Source: Sulfurospirillaceae bacterium (GTDB taxonomy: Bacteria > Campylobacterota > Campylobacteria > Campylobacterales > Sulfurospirillaceae). Taken from it: a stretch of DNA of 64,000 nucleotides. Shown piece by piece: positions 20,432-32,237 of the stretch (position 1 is its first letter; each line of letters opens with the position of its first letter). Position numbers and translations under genes: made by a program. The notes under the pieces were generated by a model. It saw only the letters and a list, made by a program, of their open reading frames with translations, was not told the origin of the DNA and did not search any database. The DNA lies in NCBI GenBank assembly GCA_033723415.1, contig JAWVXD010000002.1, positions 64,001 through 128,000 on the forward strand. The letters run 5' to 3'.

Positions 20432-21458
20432 TTGCCAAATGTTGTAATAATTCTATCTCGTCTAGTGCTCTTCCTGTACCTTTAGCTACTGCTAAAAGTG
20501 GTTCATCTGCTATAAAAACAGGTAATTTTACTATATCTGAAAGGTATTTATCCAAACCTCTTATCAAAGCTCCGCCGCCTGTTAAAACGATACCGTTTTC
20601 AACAATGTCTCCTGCAAGATCCGGAGGCATAACTTCTAGTACGTCTTTTAGAGCATCGGCTATCTCTTTAAGTGGTTCTTTTATAGCATCTCTAACATCT
20701 TCGCTACTTAGCTCTATACGACTGAGAAGACCACTTACTTGGTCTCTTCCTTTTACTATTGATACTAATGGCTCTTCTACCGGAACTGCGGAACCAATAT
20801 CTATCTTTATCTCTTCTGCTGTTCTCTCTCCGATAAGTAAATTGTATTTTTTCTTGACGTAATCTACAATTGCCAAGTCAATTTTATCGCCTGCTGTTCT
20901 TATTGATTTGCTGATAACCAATCCACCAAGAGAAACTACACCTATCTCTGTCGTACCACCGCCGATATCTACAACCAAACTACCCTCAGGCTCTCTAACA
21001 GGTAAATCTGCACCGATTGCAGCAGCCATAGGTTCTTCAATCAAAAACACTTCACGAGCTCCGGCACTAAGGGCTGATTCTCGAACTGCTTTTCTCTCAA
21101 CCTGAGTCAATCCGTATGGCACGCAGATTATAATGCGAGGTCTCAAAAAACTTTTTCTTCTATGGGCTTTTTCTATAAAATAACGAATCATTTTTTCCGT
21201 GATGTCAAAGTCAGCTATGACCCCATCTCTCATAGGACGAATTGCCGTAATATTCCCTGGAGTCTTTCCTAGCATATTCTTAGCATCTGTACCGACAGCT
21301 AAGATCCTTTGCTTTCCGCTTTTATCTGTCTGTATTGCAACAACTGAGGGCTCATTTATTATGATCCCCTTGCCCTTTACAAGTACCAAGGTATTTGCAG
21401 TGCCTAAGTCTATGCTCATATCACTTGAAAAAAATCCTACTATTTGATCAAAAATCAT
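20424..21458 (-). CDS. mreB: Rod shape-determining protein MreB
   Basis: [24 protein letters not shown]; start at MIFDQ. Confidence 0.97.
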   Translation of the reverse strand: MIFDQIVGFFSSDMSIDLGTANTLVLVKGKGIIINEPSVVAIQTDKSGKQRILAVGTDAKNMLGKTPGNITAIRPMRDGVIADFDITEKMIRYFIEKAHRRKSFLRPRIIICVPYGLTQVERKAVRESALSAGAREVFLIEEPMAAAIGADLPVREPEGSLVVDIGGGTTEIGVVSLGGLVISKSIRTAGDKIDLAIVDYVKKKYNLLIGERTAEEIKIDIGSAVPVEEPLVSIVKGRDQVSGLLSRIELSSEDVRDAIKEPLKEIADALKDVLEVMPPDLAGDIVENGIVLTGGGALIRGLDKYLSDIVKLPVFIADEPLLAVAKGTGRALDEIELLQHLANE

Positions 21459-21554
21459 TAACTTTACCCTTTTTATTTTATTGTCATCTTGACTCAAAGC
21501 TTTGCTTCAAATCAATTTTTACTCTATCAAAGCTGCTGCATTGTAGAGAATTTA

Positions 21555-22778
21555 TTATGCACTTTTTTTATTTTTCTTTATAAATATAGGCTTTGCACCA
21601 TCTAGCACTACATCTTTTGTTATAACTATTTCATACCCGTTAAGCTCAGGAAGCTCATACATGATATCAATCATAACTTCTTCCATAATCGTTCTGAGGC
21701 CTCTTGCCCCGGTTTTACGTTTTATTGCTAAATTTGCAACTTCTTCCAGTGCCTCATCTTCAAAAACCAACTCTGCACCGTCTATTGCAAATAATTTTTT
21801 GTATTGCTTTAAGATAGCATTCTTCGGCTCGCTTAATATCTTGACCATATCTTCTTTTGTGATCTCATTTAAAGTTGCTAACACATGTAATCTTCCGATC
21901 AATTCTGGAATAAGCCCATAATGAACAAGATCATCCGGTTCAACCATATCTATAAGTTTCCAATCTTCACTTTTTGCTCTTTTTTCTTGTCCGAAACCTA
22001 GAACATTATTGCCTACTCTTCTCTTTATGATATCTTCCAAACCATCAAATGCTCCACCGCATACAAATAAGATGCCTGATGTGTCTATTTGAATGAAATC
22101 TTGGTTTGGATGTTTTCTACCGCCTTTTGGCGGGATATTCACGATACTGCCTTCGATGATCTTCAACAAAGCTTGCTGAACACCTTCCCCGCTTACATCT
22201 CTTGTAATTGAACGATTTTCACTCATCCTGGCGATCTTATCTATCTCATCTATAAATACGATACCCTTTTCTGCTCTTTTTACATCTCCATCTGCAACTT
22301 GAAGTAGTTTCGTCAAAATATTTTCTACATCTTCTCCAACATATCCGGCTTCGGTTAAGCTAGTCGCATCTGCTATGGCAAGCGGAACATCTAAAAACTT
22401 TGATAGGGTTTGAGCCATAAGAGTTTTCCCACTTCCTGTAGGCCCTATCAGTAAAATATTTGATTTGGATATTTCAGTATCATCTTCTGCGACTTGACTT
22501 TTAAAGATTCTTTTATAGTGGTTGTAAACACCGACTGAAAAAACTTTTTTTGCTCTATTTTGTCCGATTACAAACTCATCCAGTACACTTGTCAACTCTT
22601 TTGGTGTTAATAACTCATAATCTAATTTTTTACTATCTGTGACTTCATTATCTTCTTCACCAAAAAAAATCTTATAAGCAGAGATCACACAATGTTCACA
22701 AATAAAAACATCTTCTCCTGCTATCAATCTTGTGTCATTGCTTTCTTTGGCTCCACAAAAACTACACTCTTTTTTCAT
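21555..22778 (-). CDS. clpX: ATP-dependent Clp protease ATP-binding subunit
   Basis: CSFC..C..C zinc domain, [18 protein letters not shown]. Confidence 0.97.
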   Translation of the reverse strand: MKKECSFCGAKESNDTRLIAGEDVFICEHCVISAYKIFFGEEDNEVTDSKKLDYELLTPKELTSVLDEFVIGQNRAKKVFSVGVYNHYKRIFKSQVAEDDTEISKSNILLIGPTGSGKTLMAQTLSKFLDVPLAIADATSLTEAGYVGEDVENILTKLLQVADGDVKRAEKGIVFIDEIDKIARMSENRSITRDVSGEGVQQALLKIIEGSIVNIPPKGGRKHPNQDFIQIDTSGILFVCGGAFDGLEDIIKRRVGNNVLGFGQEKRAKSEDWKLIDMVEPDDLVHYGLIPELIGRLHVLATLNEITKEDMVKILSEPKNAILKQYKKLFAIDGAELVFEDEALEEVANLAIKRKTGARGLRTIMEEVMIDIMYELPELNGYEIVITKDVVLDGAKPIFIKKNKKSA

Positions 22779-22935
22779 TTAATTTCTCCTTTATCTCGGA
22801 ACAAGTCCCAAGACAAATTCCTCTCACTAAAACTATGACTTTGTCGAGAATTTATCATTTTAATTTTCTTTTTTAACTCATGCGTTGCCCAAGTTAAATT
22901 TCTCAAACTAAAGCTTAAGCCCTGTGCAGAATTTT

Positions 22936-23724
22936 TCATTTTGTTACCCTTTCAAAAGGGATACCTCTTTTTGTTTCTAATATGAAACGGCACATCTGTT
23001 TTATTTTTTCGTTCGATTCGCTTTGCATCAGCTCAAGAGCCGTTTCTTTGATAGCCCGATCTGATCTAAAAAGCTTTTTATAGGCGCGCTGTACCGCTCT
23101 TATATCATCTTTTTCAAATCTTCTTTTCATTCCGACCAAATTCAGACCTTTAACCACGGCACGGTTACCCTCGGCTAAACAAAAAGGAGGAATATCCTGA
23201 CTTATTGCACTCGCTCCGGCTATCATGCAACCTTCCCCTATTTTTACAAACTGATGGATCGGTGTCATACCGCCAATCACTGTAAACGAACCCACTTGTA
23301 CATGACCAGCCAAAGTGGCATTGTTTGCCATGATAACATTATCACCGACTTGGCAATCGTGTGCGATATGTGAATAAATCATGATAAAACAATTATCGCC
23401 GATTCTTGTAGTCCCATCACCATGATGAGTACCGCAATTGACCGTTACAAACTCTCGTAAAATATTATTTTTACCGATTCTGACTTTTACATCATGTTCT
23501 GGCTTGTGTCCTATATCTTGTGGCGGCATACCGATTATCGCATAAGGGAAAATCTTCGTACCCTCATCTATGATAGTGTCTCCGTAGATTCCTGCCCCTT
23601 GCATAATCTCAACATTGTCTTTCAAAACAACACCTGAAGATACTACCGCAAAAGCACCGATTTTTACATTTTCCCCTAAAACTGCACCTTCTTCGATACT
23701 CGCACTTGGATGGATTTGTGTCAT
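22936..23724 (-). CDS. lpxA: UDP-N-acetylglucosamine acyltransferase
   Basis: Hexapeptide repeats, HIAHDC, NNATLAGHV, HQF. Confidence 0.96.
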   Translation of the reverse strand: MTQIHPSASIEEGAVLGENVKIGAFAVVSSGVVLKDNVEIMQGAGIYGDTIIDEGTKIFPYAIIGMPPQDIGHKPEHDVKVRIGKNNILREFVTVNCGTHHGDGTTRIGDNCFIMIYSHIAHDCQVGDNVIMANNATLAGHVQVGSFTVIGGMTPIHQFVKIGEGCMIAGASAISQDIPPFCLAEGNRAVVKGLNLVGMKRRFEKDDIRAVQRAYKKLFRSDRAIKETALELMQSESNEKIKQMCRFILETKRGIPFERVTK

Positions 23725-24174
23725 TTATTTGTCTACTATCATCGCTTTTAGTTCAGCTTGTGCGACTAGTTTTTCGTCCACAAATGCTTTACCGTCAAGA
23801 ACCCAGACACTTCCTTTGTGTTTTATAACATTTAGCTCATAAATTAATTTGTCCCCAGGCTTGACAGGAGATCTAAATTTGGCTTTATCAATGCTCATAA
23901 AATATACGACTTTGTCTTTCGTATCTTCTTGTCCTTCTTCATCCATACTTTTAAATGCAAGGATGCCTCCGGCTTGTGCCATACCTTCGATTATCATAAC
24001 TCCAGGATATATCGGATGTCCGGGGAAATGCCCTTCAAATACAGGTTCACCTATGGTAACATTTTTATAACCTCGCACAAATTCACTCTCGATTAGATCT
24101 GTGATTCTATCAACAAGTAAGAACGGGTGGCGGTGAGGTAAAATTTTCTGAATTTCTACAACATCTATAATCAT
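23725..24174 (-). CDS. fabZ: 3-hydroxyacyl-ACP dehydratase
   Basis: [24 protein letters not shown]. Confidence 0.96.
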   Translation of the reverse strand: MIIDVVEIQKILPHRHPFLLVDRITDLIESEFVRGYKNVTIGEPVFEGHFPGHPIYPGVMIIEGMAQAGGILAFKSMDEEGQEDTKDKVVYFMSIDKAKFRSPVKPGDKLIYELNVIKHKGSVWVLDGKAFVDEKLVAQAELKAMIVDK

Positions 24175-24205
24175 TTAAAACCTTATTAGAAATTTTATAA
24201 TTTTA

Positions 24206-25291
24206 TCAAATCTTTACTAAATTTTCTCTAATATCCATATAAATTTCAGATTTTAAATATATTTCATATTTCTTTTCACTCAATTCATCTATGACTATGA
24301 TAGGGTTAAGTGTCGGTAAAATGGAGTTTGCCAAAGAATTACGAATTTTTATCTCATCTTCAAAGATTAAAGGATTATCCATCAAATCTTTTATACTTTT
24401 ATAAGACTTATTTAGTAATATATTTAATTTTTTTATACTGATAAAAATAACATCTTCACGATTAAAATATCCGATGTCATCTTCTATTGATTCAATTTTG
24501 CCTTTTGTAAATTCTCGTGAAAATTTAGAATAAAAGATAAAATAACTTGGAATCACATCTTTTTTTTGCTCTCTCACATATGCTCTTAAAAGCCTGTAAT
24601 TTAAAAACTTTTCTCTTCTTAGTTTAAATTTTTGATTATTTTGTTCGCAAAGATTGACATTTTCATAAAGTTCAATTCTATCTTCTATGGAAGAAGGAAG
24701 TATCTGCTTTGTTATGGGAGACATCAACTCGTCTTTTAACCTTTCTTGATTTTCTCTTTGTACTTCAAGAGCAAATATACAACCACAGTAATTTTGATGA
24801 TAAAGCATATCTTTTTTTGCGAGCATGAATTGTTCACTTGTGCCACCGTTCTTTCTAAAGTCGGGCGTTAACACTTTGACTCCAAATTTTTTTTCAACTT
24901 CTTGTGAATTATTGATCAATTGTTCAATAGATTTTTTTGGACTTGTTAGCAAAGTTGTAGTTATTTCATTTTCTCCTATTTCCAATGCCTTTTCGGCTGT
25001 TTTTGCTAACCTGTTATCAAAACACACTGTACAACGTTTGCCTTTTTCAGGCTCATCCTCCAAACCTCTGACAGCTTCTATCCAACCTTCATAATCATAC
25101 TCACCCTCTAAAAGTTTTATACCCAATTTTTGACAACTTCTTTTAACATCCATCAAGCGCAGTTTGTATTCGCTGTATGGGTGAATATTCGGATCATAAA
25201 AATAACCTGTCAAATTTTTTTCCGGATATTTATCAGAAAGTTTTTGTAGAAAAAAGTGACTATCTACCGAACAACATATATGTACCAACAA
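24206..25291 (-). CDS. queH: Epoxyqueuosine reductase QueH
   Basis: HICCSVD, NIHP, RCTVC, QNYCGC. Confidence 0.9.
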   Translation of the reverse strand: MLVHICCSVDSHFFLQKLSDKYPEKNLTGYFYDPNIHPYSEYKLRLMDVKRSCQKLGIKLLEGEYDYEGWIEAVRGLEDEPEKGKRCTVCFDNRLAKTAEKALEIGENEITTTLLTSPKKSIEQLINNSQEVEKKFGVKVLTPDFRKNGGTSEQFMLAKKDMLYHQNYCGCIFALEVQRENQERLKDELMSPITKQILPSSIEDRIELYENVNLCEQNNQKFKLRREKFLNYRLLRAYVREQKKDVIPSYFIFYSKFSREFTKGKIESIEDDIGYFNREDVIFISIKKLNILLNKSYKSIKDLMDNPLIFEDEIKIRNSLANSILPTLNPIIVIDELSEKKYEIYLKSEIYMDIRENLVKI

Positions 25292-25371
25292 TTTTTCGCC
25301 ATCCTTTGATTAATAATTTTCAAATTATAGTATAATTTAGTAAACTATCTTAAATGGAAGAGGAGTCAAAT

Positions 25372-28296
25372 ATGAGATATCTAAAGAGTTTTAAATTTTG
25401 GATTTTAGTTTTGATATCTACATATACCTTGACGGGGTTCATTTTGATTCCTTGGTTTTTAACAAACAAAGCTCCAACCATTCTAAAAAACAAGATTGGT
25501 ATCAATCTCCAAATTGCAAATGCTAGTTTTAATCCATATAGTTTTGAATTAACCCTACATGATATAACCTTGCAGGACTTGAGTAAAAATCCTGTATTTT
25601 CACTCAAAAGACTATACATAAATTACACCCTGCTTGGACTTTTGGATAAAACTGTATTATTCAAAAAAATCAGCATTAATTCACCAAAACTGTATGCAGG
25701 ATTCCAAAAAGACGGGAAAATAAATCTGGCAAATATATTGCCCGAATCTACCCAAAAAGACAAAAATACAACAACTTCAAAGATTTCTTTGCCTCATATT
25801 GTATTAAGTAAATTAGAAATAACAAACGGTGCAATTAAATTTAGCGATAAAAGAGAAAATAAAAACTTTACATTTGATTTAGGTCCATATAATTTTGTTG
25901 CACGTGATGTAAGCACAAAAAAAGATCAGATAAACTCATATTCATTTACTGCTGTATTAGGAAAGGAAAGTAGACTGTTTTGGGAAGGAGGAATGGGTAT
26001 AAATCCTCTTAAGATTTATGGCATAATCAATGTCACTCATCTAAGTCTTCCTGATATTTATAAATATGCCGTTCCAAACTTTGACGCAACCTTAGATTCC
26101 GGTTTTATGGATTTTAAATTACCATATCAAATAGCTTTTACCGGTGGTACAACGGTCAGAATCAATCAAGCTATATTGTCTTTATCAAAACTTTCTATGA
26201 ATCAGACAACAACAAATCAAAATCTTTTTGATATACCAAAACTCAAAGTTTCAGGGTTTAATCTAGAATGGCCAAAGCAATCAATATACATAGATAATAT
26301 TGATATAAACAGTACTTCAATAAACCCTATATTAGAAAAGGACGGCAAACTAAACTTTTTAAAAGTTTTTGCCTTTAGTGATAGTACCAAAAAGGAAAAT
26401 AATACAACAGTCTCAAAACCTTGGGATTTCTTAATTGCTAATCTTAATACAAATAATATGCTCATACAATTTACAGATAATACATTGCAAAAGCCTTTAA
26501 CCACGGAAATGAAACAAATTAAATTGCGTGTAAAAAATATTTCGTCCAAAAAAGAGGATCCTATTGGTCTACAATTATCTGCTATTTTAAATAAAAACAC
26601 AAATATAAATCTCACGTCTAGTATCTTACAAACTCCATTAAGTGCAGATTCCAAACTTGCATTATCACATTTTGCAATAAGTGACTTTAATAGTTACATA
26701 GATCCATTTGTTAATTTTAAAATTAAAAATGCAAGTGTTGATCTAAATGCATCAATAAAAGCTAATCTGGACAAAAAACCATCTATATCACTTAATGCCG
26801 ACACCAAGATATACAATCTACTTATAAATTCTTCGAATAATACAAATCTGATAAAATGGAAAAATTTACAAGTAAACGGCATAAAATATACAAATCAACC
26901 CTTATCTATAGATATAAAAAGCCTAAGTCTACTAGAGCCGTATTTCGCCGGACATATATATAAAAATAGACAAACCAATTTTTCTGACCTGATAAAACAA
27001 CAAAAATCAAAATCACAAGACAAGTCAAAAACAAAGCAAAAACTTGAATCAAAAAACTCTTTAAAGCTAAAAATTGGACCGATAAAACTAATAAACGGTA
27101 TAGCAGATTTTAGTGATGCTAGTTTGCCATTTCCGTTTAAAACACATATACATGGTTTGAATGGAGATATTTCAACGCTAGATTTCGGTACTACGACACC
27201 ATCTGTAGTCAAATTGGATGGCAAGATTGACAAATACGGCTATGCAGACATAAAGGGAACTATTTTGCCTTTTCATTTTAAGAAAAGAGCCAATATAGAT
27301 GTACTATTTAAAAATATCAATTTAACCACCCTGACACCCTATTCCGGGAAATTTTTAGGATATAAAATAAAAAGCGGTAAATTGTCGATGGACTTAAATT
27401 ATAAAATATCAAACGCATCGCTACTAGGTAAGAACAAGATCAATCTAGACACTCTCAATCTGGGAGAACAGGTAAAAAGCAAAGAAGCACTCAATCTTCC
27501 ATTAAATTTGGCTATCGCTCTTTTGAAAGATTCGAAAGGTCAAATAGACATAAACTTGCCTGTTTCAGGAGACATGAATAGTCCTGATTTTAGTTATGGC
27601 GGAGTAGTGTGGAGAGCTATAGGGAACATGATCACAGGAATAGTGACAGCTCCATTTAGGTTTTTAGGATCTCTTCTTGGCATAAAGGGAGAAGATTTAA
27701 AAACTATAGATTTTGCAAAAGGCTCGGCCATAGTCATATCAACAGAGTATGAAAAACTTGATAATTTGAAAAAAATACTACAAAAAAGACCAAATATAAA
27801 ACTAAAACTCAGCGGAGGATATGATGAAGTCTTTGATGTGCAAGAGTTGCAAAAAAAGCAATTTGATATAGTTTTACAAAATGAGATGAAAATAGTTAAA
27901 AAAGATCAAAATGCTACAAAAGAGGATCTTTTTGGCTTAGCACTTAAAAATCTATACACTAAAGATTTTGGCATAAAAAGATATAATGATTTAAAAAATA
28001 ACTTCATGATAGTTCCAAAAAAAGACGATAATACAACCAAGAAATCAAAAAAAGAAGAAAAACCAAAACTAAATGTCTTGGCATTTAATACATCAATGCA
28101 AGATAAATTACGCAAAAATATCAAAATATCAAAATATCAGCTGATAATTCTAGCAAATAAAAGAGCAAATCAGATAAAAGATATTCTTGTAAAAAAATAT
28201 AAGATCAACAAATCAAGAGTAATGGTTTTAGTCCCTATTTTAGAAAAAGCAAAAAGAGATATGTGGATAGGAACAAAAGTTGATATAGCAATATAA
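25372..28296 (+). CDS. DUF748 / AsmA-like envelope protein with OmpA-like C-terminus
   Basis: N-terminal TM, repeated beta-rich units, PYSGKFLGY, LALLKD..GQIDINLPVSG. Confidence 0.8.
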   Translation: MRYLKSFKFWILVLISTYTLTGFILIPWFLTNKAPTILKNKIGINLQIANASFNPYSFELTLHDITLQDLSKNPVFSLKRLYINYTLLGLLDKTVLFKKISINSPKLYAGFQKDGKINLANILPESTQKDKNTTTSKISLPHIVLSKLEITNGAIKFSDKRENKNFTFDLGPYNFVARDVSTKKDQINSYSFTAVLGKESRLFWEGGMGINPLKIYGIINVTHLSLPDIYKYAVPNFDATLDSGFMDFKLPYQIAFTGGTTVRINQAILSLSKLSMNQTTTNQNLFDIPKLKVSGFNLEWPKQSIYIDNIDINSTSINPILEKDGKLNFLKVFAFSDSTKKENNTTVSKPWDFLIANLNTNNMLIQFTDNTLQKPLTTEMKQIKLRVKNISSKKEDPIGLQLSAILNKNTNINLTSSILQTPLSADSKLALSHFAISDFNSYIDPFVNFKIKNASVDLNASIKANLDKKPSISLNADTKIYNLLINSSNNTNLIKWKNLQVNGIKYTNQPLSIDIKSLSLLEPYFAGHIYKNRQTNFSDLIKQQKSKSQDKSKTKQKLESKNSLKLKIGPIKLINGIADFSDASLPFPFKTHIHGLNGDISTLDFGTTTPSVVKLDGKIDKYGYADIKGTILPFHFKKRANIDVLFKNINLTTLTPYSGKFLGYKIKSGKLSMDLNYKISNASLLGKNKINLDTLNLGEQVKSKEALNLPLNLAIALLKDSKGQIDINLPVSGDMNSPDFSYGGVVWRAIGNMITGIVTAPFRFLGSLLGIKGEDLKTIDFAKGSAIVISTEYEKLDNLKKILQKRPNIKLKLSGGYDEVFDVQELQKKQFDIVLQNEMKIVKKDQNATKEDLFGLALKNLYTKDFGIKRYNDLKNNFMIVPKKDDNTTKKSKKEEKPKLNVLAFNTSMQDKLRKNIKISKYQLIILANKRANQIKDILVKKYKINKSRVMVLVPILEKAKRDMWIGTKVDIAI

Positions 28297-28311
28297 AACA
28301 TATCTTGTTTG

Positions 28312-30201
28312 TCAAATACGGGGTATTGTAATCGTAAATTCTACCCCTTTGTTTGTATTTTCAAAACTCAATGTTCCATGAAAATTATTTTCCACTATCA
28401 TCTTTGACATATATAAGCCGACACCTGTACCTTGTGATTTGAATTTTGTAGTAAAATAAGGCTCAAATACCTTATCTTTTATCTCTTCATTTATGCCACC
28501 TGCATTGTCTTGTATCGTTATCTTGACATATTCGTTTCTCTTTTCAGCAGATATTTTAACTTCCCCATTTGTAATATTATTGGACAAAATAGCATCTTTT
28601 GCATTATTTAAGATATTGATAAATGCCTGCTCTAATTTTTTCTTATCTCCATTTATGATTATATCTTTTTCACATGAACTGAATATTTTTATAAAATTAC
28701 TTGTAAAAGAATCTTGTATTATAAGTATTGTGTTGTTGATCTCTTCTTCTAAATGAAACTTTTCATCATTTCCAGTCGGGATAAAAAAATTTCTAAAAAC
28801 ATCAATTGTTTTTGAAAGATAAATTATGCTTTTTTCCATCCTTTCAAAACTTGAAGACATTATCTCTTCTGTTAAACTGCCATTTTCTTTTAACAGAGTT
28901 AATTTACTCATAGAAAGACTTAATGAATTTAGCGGCTGTTTCCATTGGTGAGATATATTCCCCAACATTTCTCCCATAGATGCCAACTTATTTTGCTGCT
29001 GTATCAAGAGCAGTTGTTTTTTGCTTTTGTCAGCTTCCGATAAAATCACATTTTTATATCTATTGCAGAGTCTTTCACTTTTTTTAGAAATAAAGGTCAA
29101 TAAACCTGCTAAAACAATAGCCATAAAAGAGAAAATTATACATAATATTATAATAGTCTTACTTAATTGTATTCCCAAATATTTTTCTTCTGTACTAACG
29201 ATATAGTCCATATTTTTAAGATAAACTCCGGACCCAAGTACCCACTTCCACTCATCAAATCCGACCACATAAGCTATATTTCGTATAGGTTTACCGTTAT
29301 TTTGACTTCCCTCGGTCAAATATTCTAAGAAACCACCGCCTTTTTTTGCCAGATTGATGGTCTTTTTGATTAGGCTTGATTGATTTACGTCTTTAAATTT
29401 AGTGTTATTTTTTACAATAAGCGACTCATTGATATCTATCAATGTATCACCATTGTATTTATAAGCAAAAAAATAGTTATTTTCCCCATATTTGGTATCT
29501 TTTATCTCATTTATCAGTTCATTTTGTATGTCTTTTTCAAAATCAGATACGTACTCTCCAGTACCTATAAACCAATGCAACGGCCCAAAATATTTTACAT
29601 ATCCTAATTTTTTATACATAGTCTTTTTATCTTCGGGTTTTCTCCAATACCAGGTATAAAATCCACTATTTTTTTTGAGACATATCTTTGCGATATCTCT
29701 AACTACATAATGACCTTTTATATCAAAATAACCTGAGAAATCTTTTCCTTCCAAGTCTGATTCTATTGGTAACAAAATATTTTTTAAATTTGTATCATAA
29801 ATAAAATAATATCCTCTTCCGTGATTGAATCTGATAGGTCGTATAGCCTCTTTTACTAATTTGGCAATTAGATCTTTATTTTTATTTTTATTTTTTATAT
29901 AAATATTCATACTTATGTTATAAGCTTCTTCCACCCGTGCTTTTAACTTCAACTTCAAGTTTTGTTCCGCATGTTTCTTTTCGTATTTTATATGTTCAAT
30001 AAGTGTAAAGGTATGATTTTTCAATCTGTCTTTTCTAGTTTCTATCAAAGTGCGCTTCATATCTTTGATCTGTCTTTTATTTTGTTGGATGTAACTGTAT
30101 ATGATTATGGCGGACATGATACAAAAAAACATAAGCACTATTATCATAGGCATATATTTGATCAGCCGTAATAGCTTTTTTTCTTGTTCTAGCTCAGGCA
30201 T
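28312..30201 (-). CDS. Cache-domain sensor histidine kinase
   Basis: Two TMs, tandem Cache domains, ISHQWKQPL H-box, NNAKDA, DNAGG, GTGVGL. Confidence 0.92.
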   Translation of the reverse strand: MPELEQEKKLLRLIKYMPMIIVLMFFCIMSAIIIYSYIQQNKRQIKDMKRTLIETRKDRLKNHTFTLIEHIKYEKKHAEQNLKLKLKARVEEAYNISMNIYIKNKNKNKDLIAKLVKEAIRPIRFNHGRGYYFIYDTNLKNILLPIESDLEGKDFSGYFDIKGHYVVRDIAKICLKKNSGFYTWYWRKPEDKKTMYKKLGYVKYFGPLHWFIGTGEYVSDFEKDIQNELINEIKDTKYGENNYFFAYKYNGDTLIDINESLIVKNNTKFKDVNQSSLIKKTINLAKKGGGFLEYLTEGSQNNGKPIRNIAYVVGFDEWKWVLGSGVYLKNMDYIVSTEEKYLGIQLSKTIIILCIIFSFMAIVLAGLLTFISKKSERLCNRYKNVILSEADKSKKQLLLIQQQNKLASMGEMLGNISHQWKQPLNSLSLSMSKLTLLKENGSLTEEIMSSSFERMEKSIIYLSKTIDVFRNFFIPTGNDEKFHLEEEINNTILIIQDSFTSNFIKIFSSCEKDIIINGDKKKLEQAFINILNNAKDAILSNNITNGEVKISAEKRNEYVKITIQDNAGGINEEIKDKVFEPYFTTKFKSQGTGVGLYMSKMIVENNFHGTLSFENTNKGVEFTITIPRI

Positions 30202-30207
30202 TGGTGC

Positions 30208-31515
30208 TTACTCTTTTAAAAATTTATATCTATTTTTTCCTGATCTTTTTGCTTCATACATAGCTTTGTCTGCATTGTGAATCAATGACGCCTCTGATGA
30301 GCATTCACTGTGTTCATTGCATATTTCTATGCCTATACTACAGGCTATTCTCACTTGTGTAGAATGATCTAACGTAAATGGCATACTTAATTTTTCCAAT
30401 ATACTTTTCGCAATTAAAATATATTGTTCCTTGCTAGATGCACTCTCTAAAATCAAAACAAATTCATCTCCACCAAATCTAGCTAGCGTATCTGTCTGTC
30501 TAATTGTAGTTTTTATCCTGTCTGCGACCATTTGAAGCAATTGATCCCCGGCATTATGCCCAAAAGTATCATTTACTTCCTTAAATTTATCAAGATCAAT
30601 AAACAAAATGGCAAAATTTTTCTGACTTCGTTTACTTCTTAAAATTGCCTGTTCTAACCTATCTTTTAGTAATATTCTATTTGGTAACTTAGTCAGCATG
30701 TCATAGTTTGCCATATATTGGAGTTCTGCTTCTCTTTCTTTATCTACGGTTTTGTCTTGAATTATTTTCAAAAATGCATAGATTTCATTGTTTTCATTCT
30801 TCATCGGTATTGTTTTTATATCCAAGTAAGTTGTTTTTCCATTTTTATCAGTATCTTCATACAATTCTCTTCTGCTTGCACCATTTGCCAAACTTACTTC
30901 TCTTTTACAAAAATTACCTGTAAACTTACAAACAATATCATTGTTTTCAGATTTGTCATAACACTTTATAAACTCTCTTTCACCTATAAAGTTCAATTTT
31001 TTTGCCAAATTATTTACAAATGAAATATTACATTCCAAGTCTATCACGACCATAGGATAGGGAAATTCATTCAAAATAGCTTGTGTAAGTATTTTTTCTT
31101 TTTTAAATTCTTTATCTTTTATAACGGCTTTTGATTCTTTTAAAAGTACATCCAATAACAATTTTGCATTTGTTGGCTTTATAACATATCCGGATATTTT
31201 ATCTCCAATAGCTTGCAAAAAAGTATCGATACTTGCAAAAACCGTATGAAGTACGACAGATATATCCTCATTAATTTCTCTCATCTTGCGAATCAAACTA
31301 AAACCATCCATCTTTGGTAGTCCTAAATCCACCAGTACTATGTCAGGTTGGTGTATCATAAACTGCGCAAGCCCCTCTTCACCGTCTCTGGCTTTGTAGC
31401 ATTCCTTACAATAAATTTCCAGTAGACTACACAGCTCTTCTAGCTCATCTTCATCATCTTCAACAACAAGAATTGTTACGTTTTTTAATTCAGAATAATC
31501 GTGTTTTTGGTTCAT
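30208..31515 (-). CDS. REC-PAS-GGDEF diguanylate cyclase
   Basis: VEDD/VDLGLP receiver, PAS, RQTD I-site, GGDEF. Confidence 0.92.
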   Translation of the reverse strand: MNQKHDYSELKNVTILVVEDDEDELEELCSLLEIYCKECYKARDGEEGLAQFMIHQPDIVLVDLGLPKMDGFSLIRKMREINEDISVVLHTVFASIDTFLQAIGDKISGYVIKPTNAKLLLDVLLKESKAVIKDKEFKKEKILTQAILNEFPYPMVVIDLECNISFVNNLAKKLNFIGEREFIKCYDKSENNDIVCKFTGNFCKREVSLANGASRRELYEDTDKNGKTTYLDIKTIPMKNENNEIYAFLKIIQDKTVDKEREAELQYMANYDMLTKLPNRILLKDRLEQAILRSKRSQKNFAILFIDLDKFKEVNDTFGHNAGDQLLQMVADRIKTTIRQTDTLARFGGDEFVLILESASSKEQYILIAKSILEKLSMPFTLDHSTQVRIACSIGIEICNEHSECSSEASLIHNADKAMYEAKRSGKNRYKFLKE

Positions 31516-32204
31516 TGATTCTCACTTAAAGTAATCATGTACTTACTACCATAAACATTTTTTATCAAGTCATGTGAACCTAGTTTTTTTCTTAGATTAA
31601 AAATGGTATTTCTTATATTTTTTGGATTGTATTCTTTGTCTGTATCGCCCCACAAATAGTTAAATATAGTTACACTGGATACCGGTTTATTTTTAACTTT
31701 AAGTAGCATCTTCAATATCTTTTGCTCACTCAAAGTTAGTTTTATGACATCGTTATCCTTAAGAAGGACCGATTTTTCATTGTCCCAAACAAGCTCATGG
31801 TTCAATTTTGTGAAGCCTTTAGGTATATTTAACCTCTTCATGCACAAATTAATGGTATTTTTCAATACTGCAGAAGTAAGCGGTTTAACCAAGTAATCAA
31901 CAATATCCAGTTTTATTGCCTTAAATAACTTTTCTTTGTCATCATAAGCACTAACTATAACAACTGGCAATTTTCTATTGTTTTCTTTGATTTTTTGGAT
32001 AAGATCAAAACCGTCAACATTTGGCATTATAATATCCGTAAATATTATATCCGGTTTTTTGGATGCGATAATATTCAATGCTTCTTCTGCATTCGCAGCT
32101 TTATAAACATTTGAAAACACCACACTGAGGTATTCATACATTTCTTCAAGTGAATACAAATCATCATCTACGACTAGAGCTGTGTATTGCATTAAACTAT
32201 CCAT
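31512..32204 (-). CDS. OmpR-family response regulator
   Basis: VVDDD, TDIIMP, KP; winged helix ending LRKKL..IKNVYG. Confidence 0.92.
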   Translation of the reverse strand: MDSLMQYTALVVDDDLYSLEEMYEYLSVVFSNVYKAANAEEALNIIASKKPDIIFTDIIMPNVDGFDLIQKIKENNRKLPVVIVSAYDDKEKLFKAIKLDIVDYLVKPLTSAVLKNTINLCMKRLNIPKGFTKLNHELVWDNEKSVLLKDNDVIKLTLSEQKILKMLLKVKNKPVSSVTIFNYLWGDTDKEYNPKNIRNTIFNLRKKLGSHDLIKNVYGSKYMITLSENQ

Positions 32205-32237
32205 ATAATTTTTTGTTTTCAGAGTCGATCAAAAATG

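Noticed and set aside
22918..22930. c-di-GMP-I riboswitch (GCACAGGGC-like start on minus strand)
   Set aside because: No GCAAAC, GNRA-capped P2 or GACGCAAAG follow-on elements
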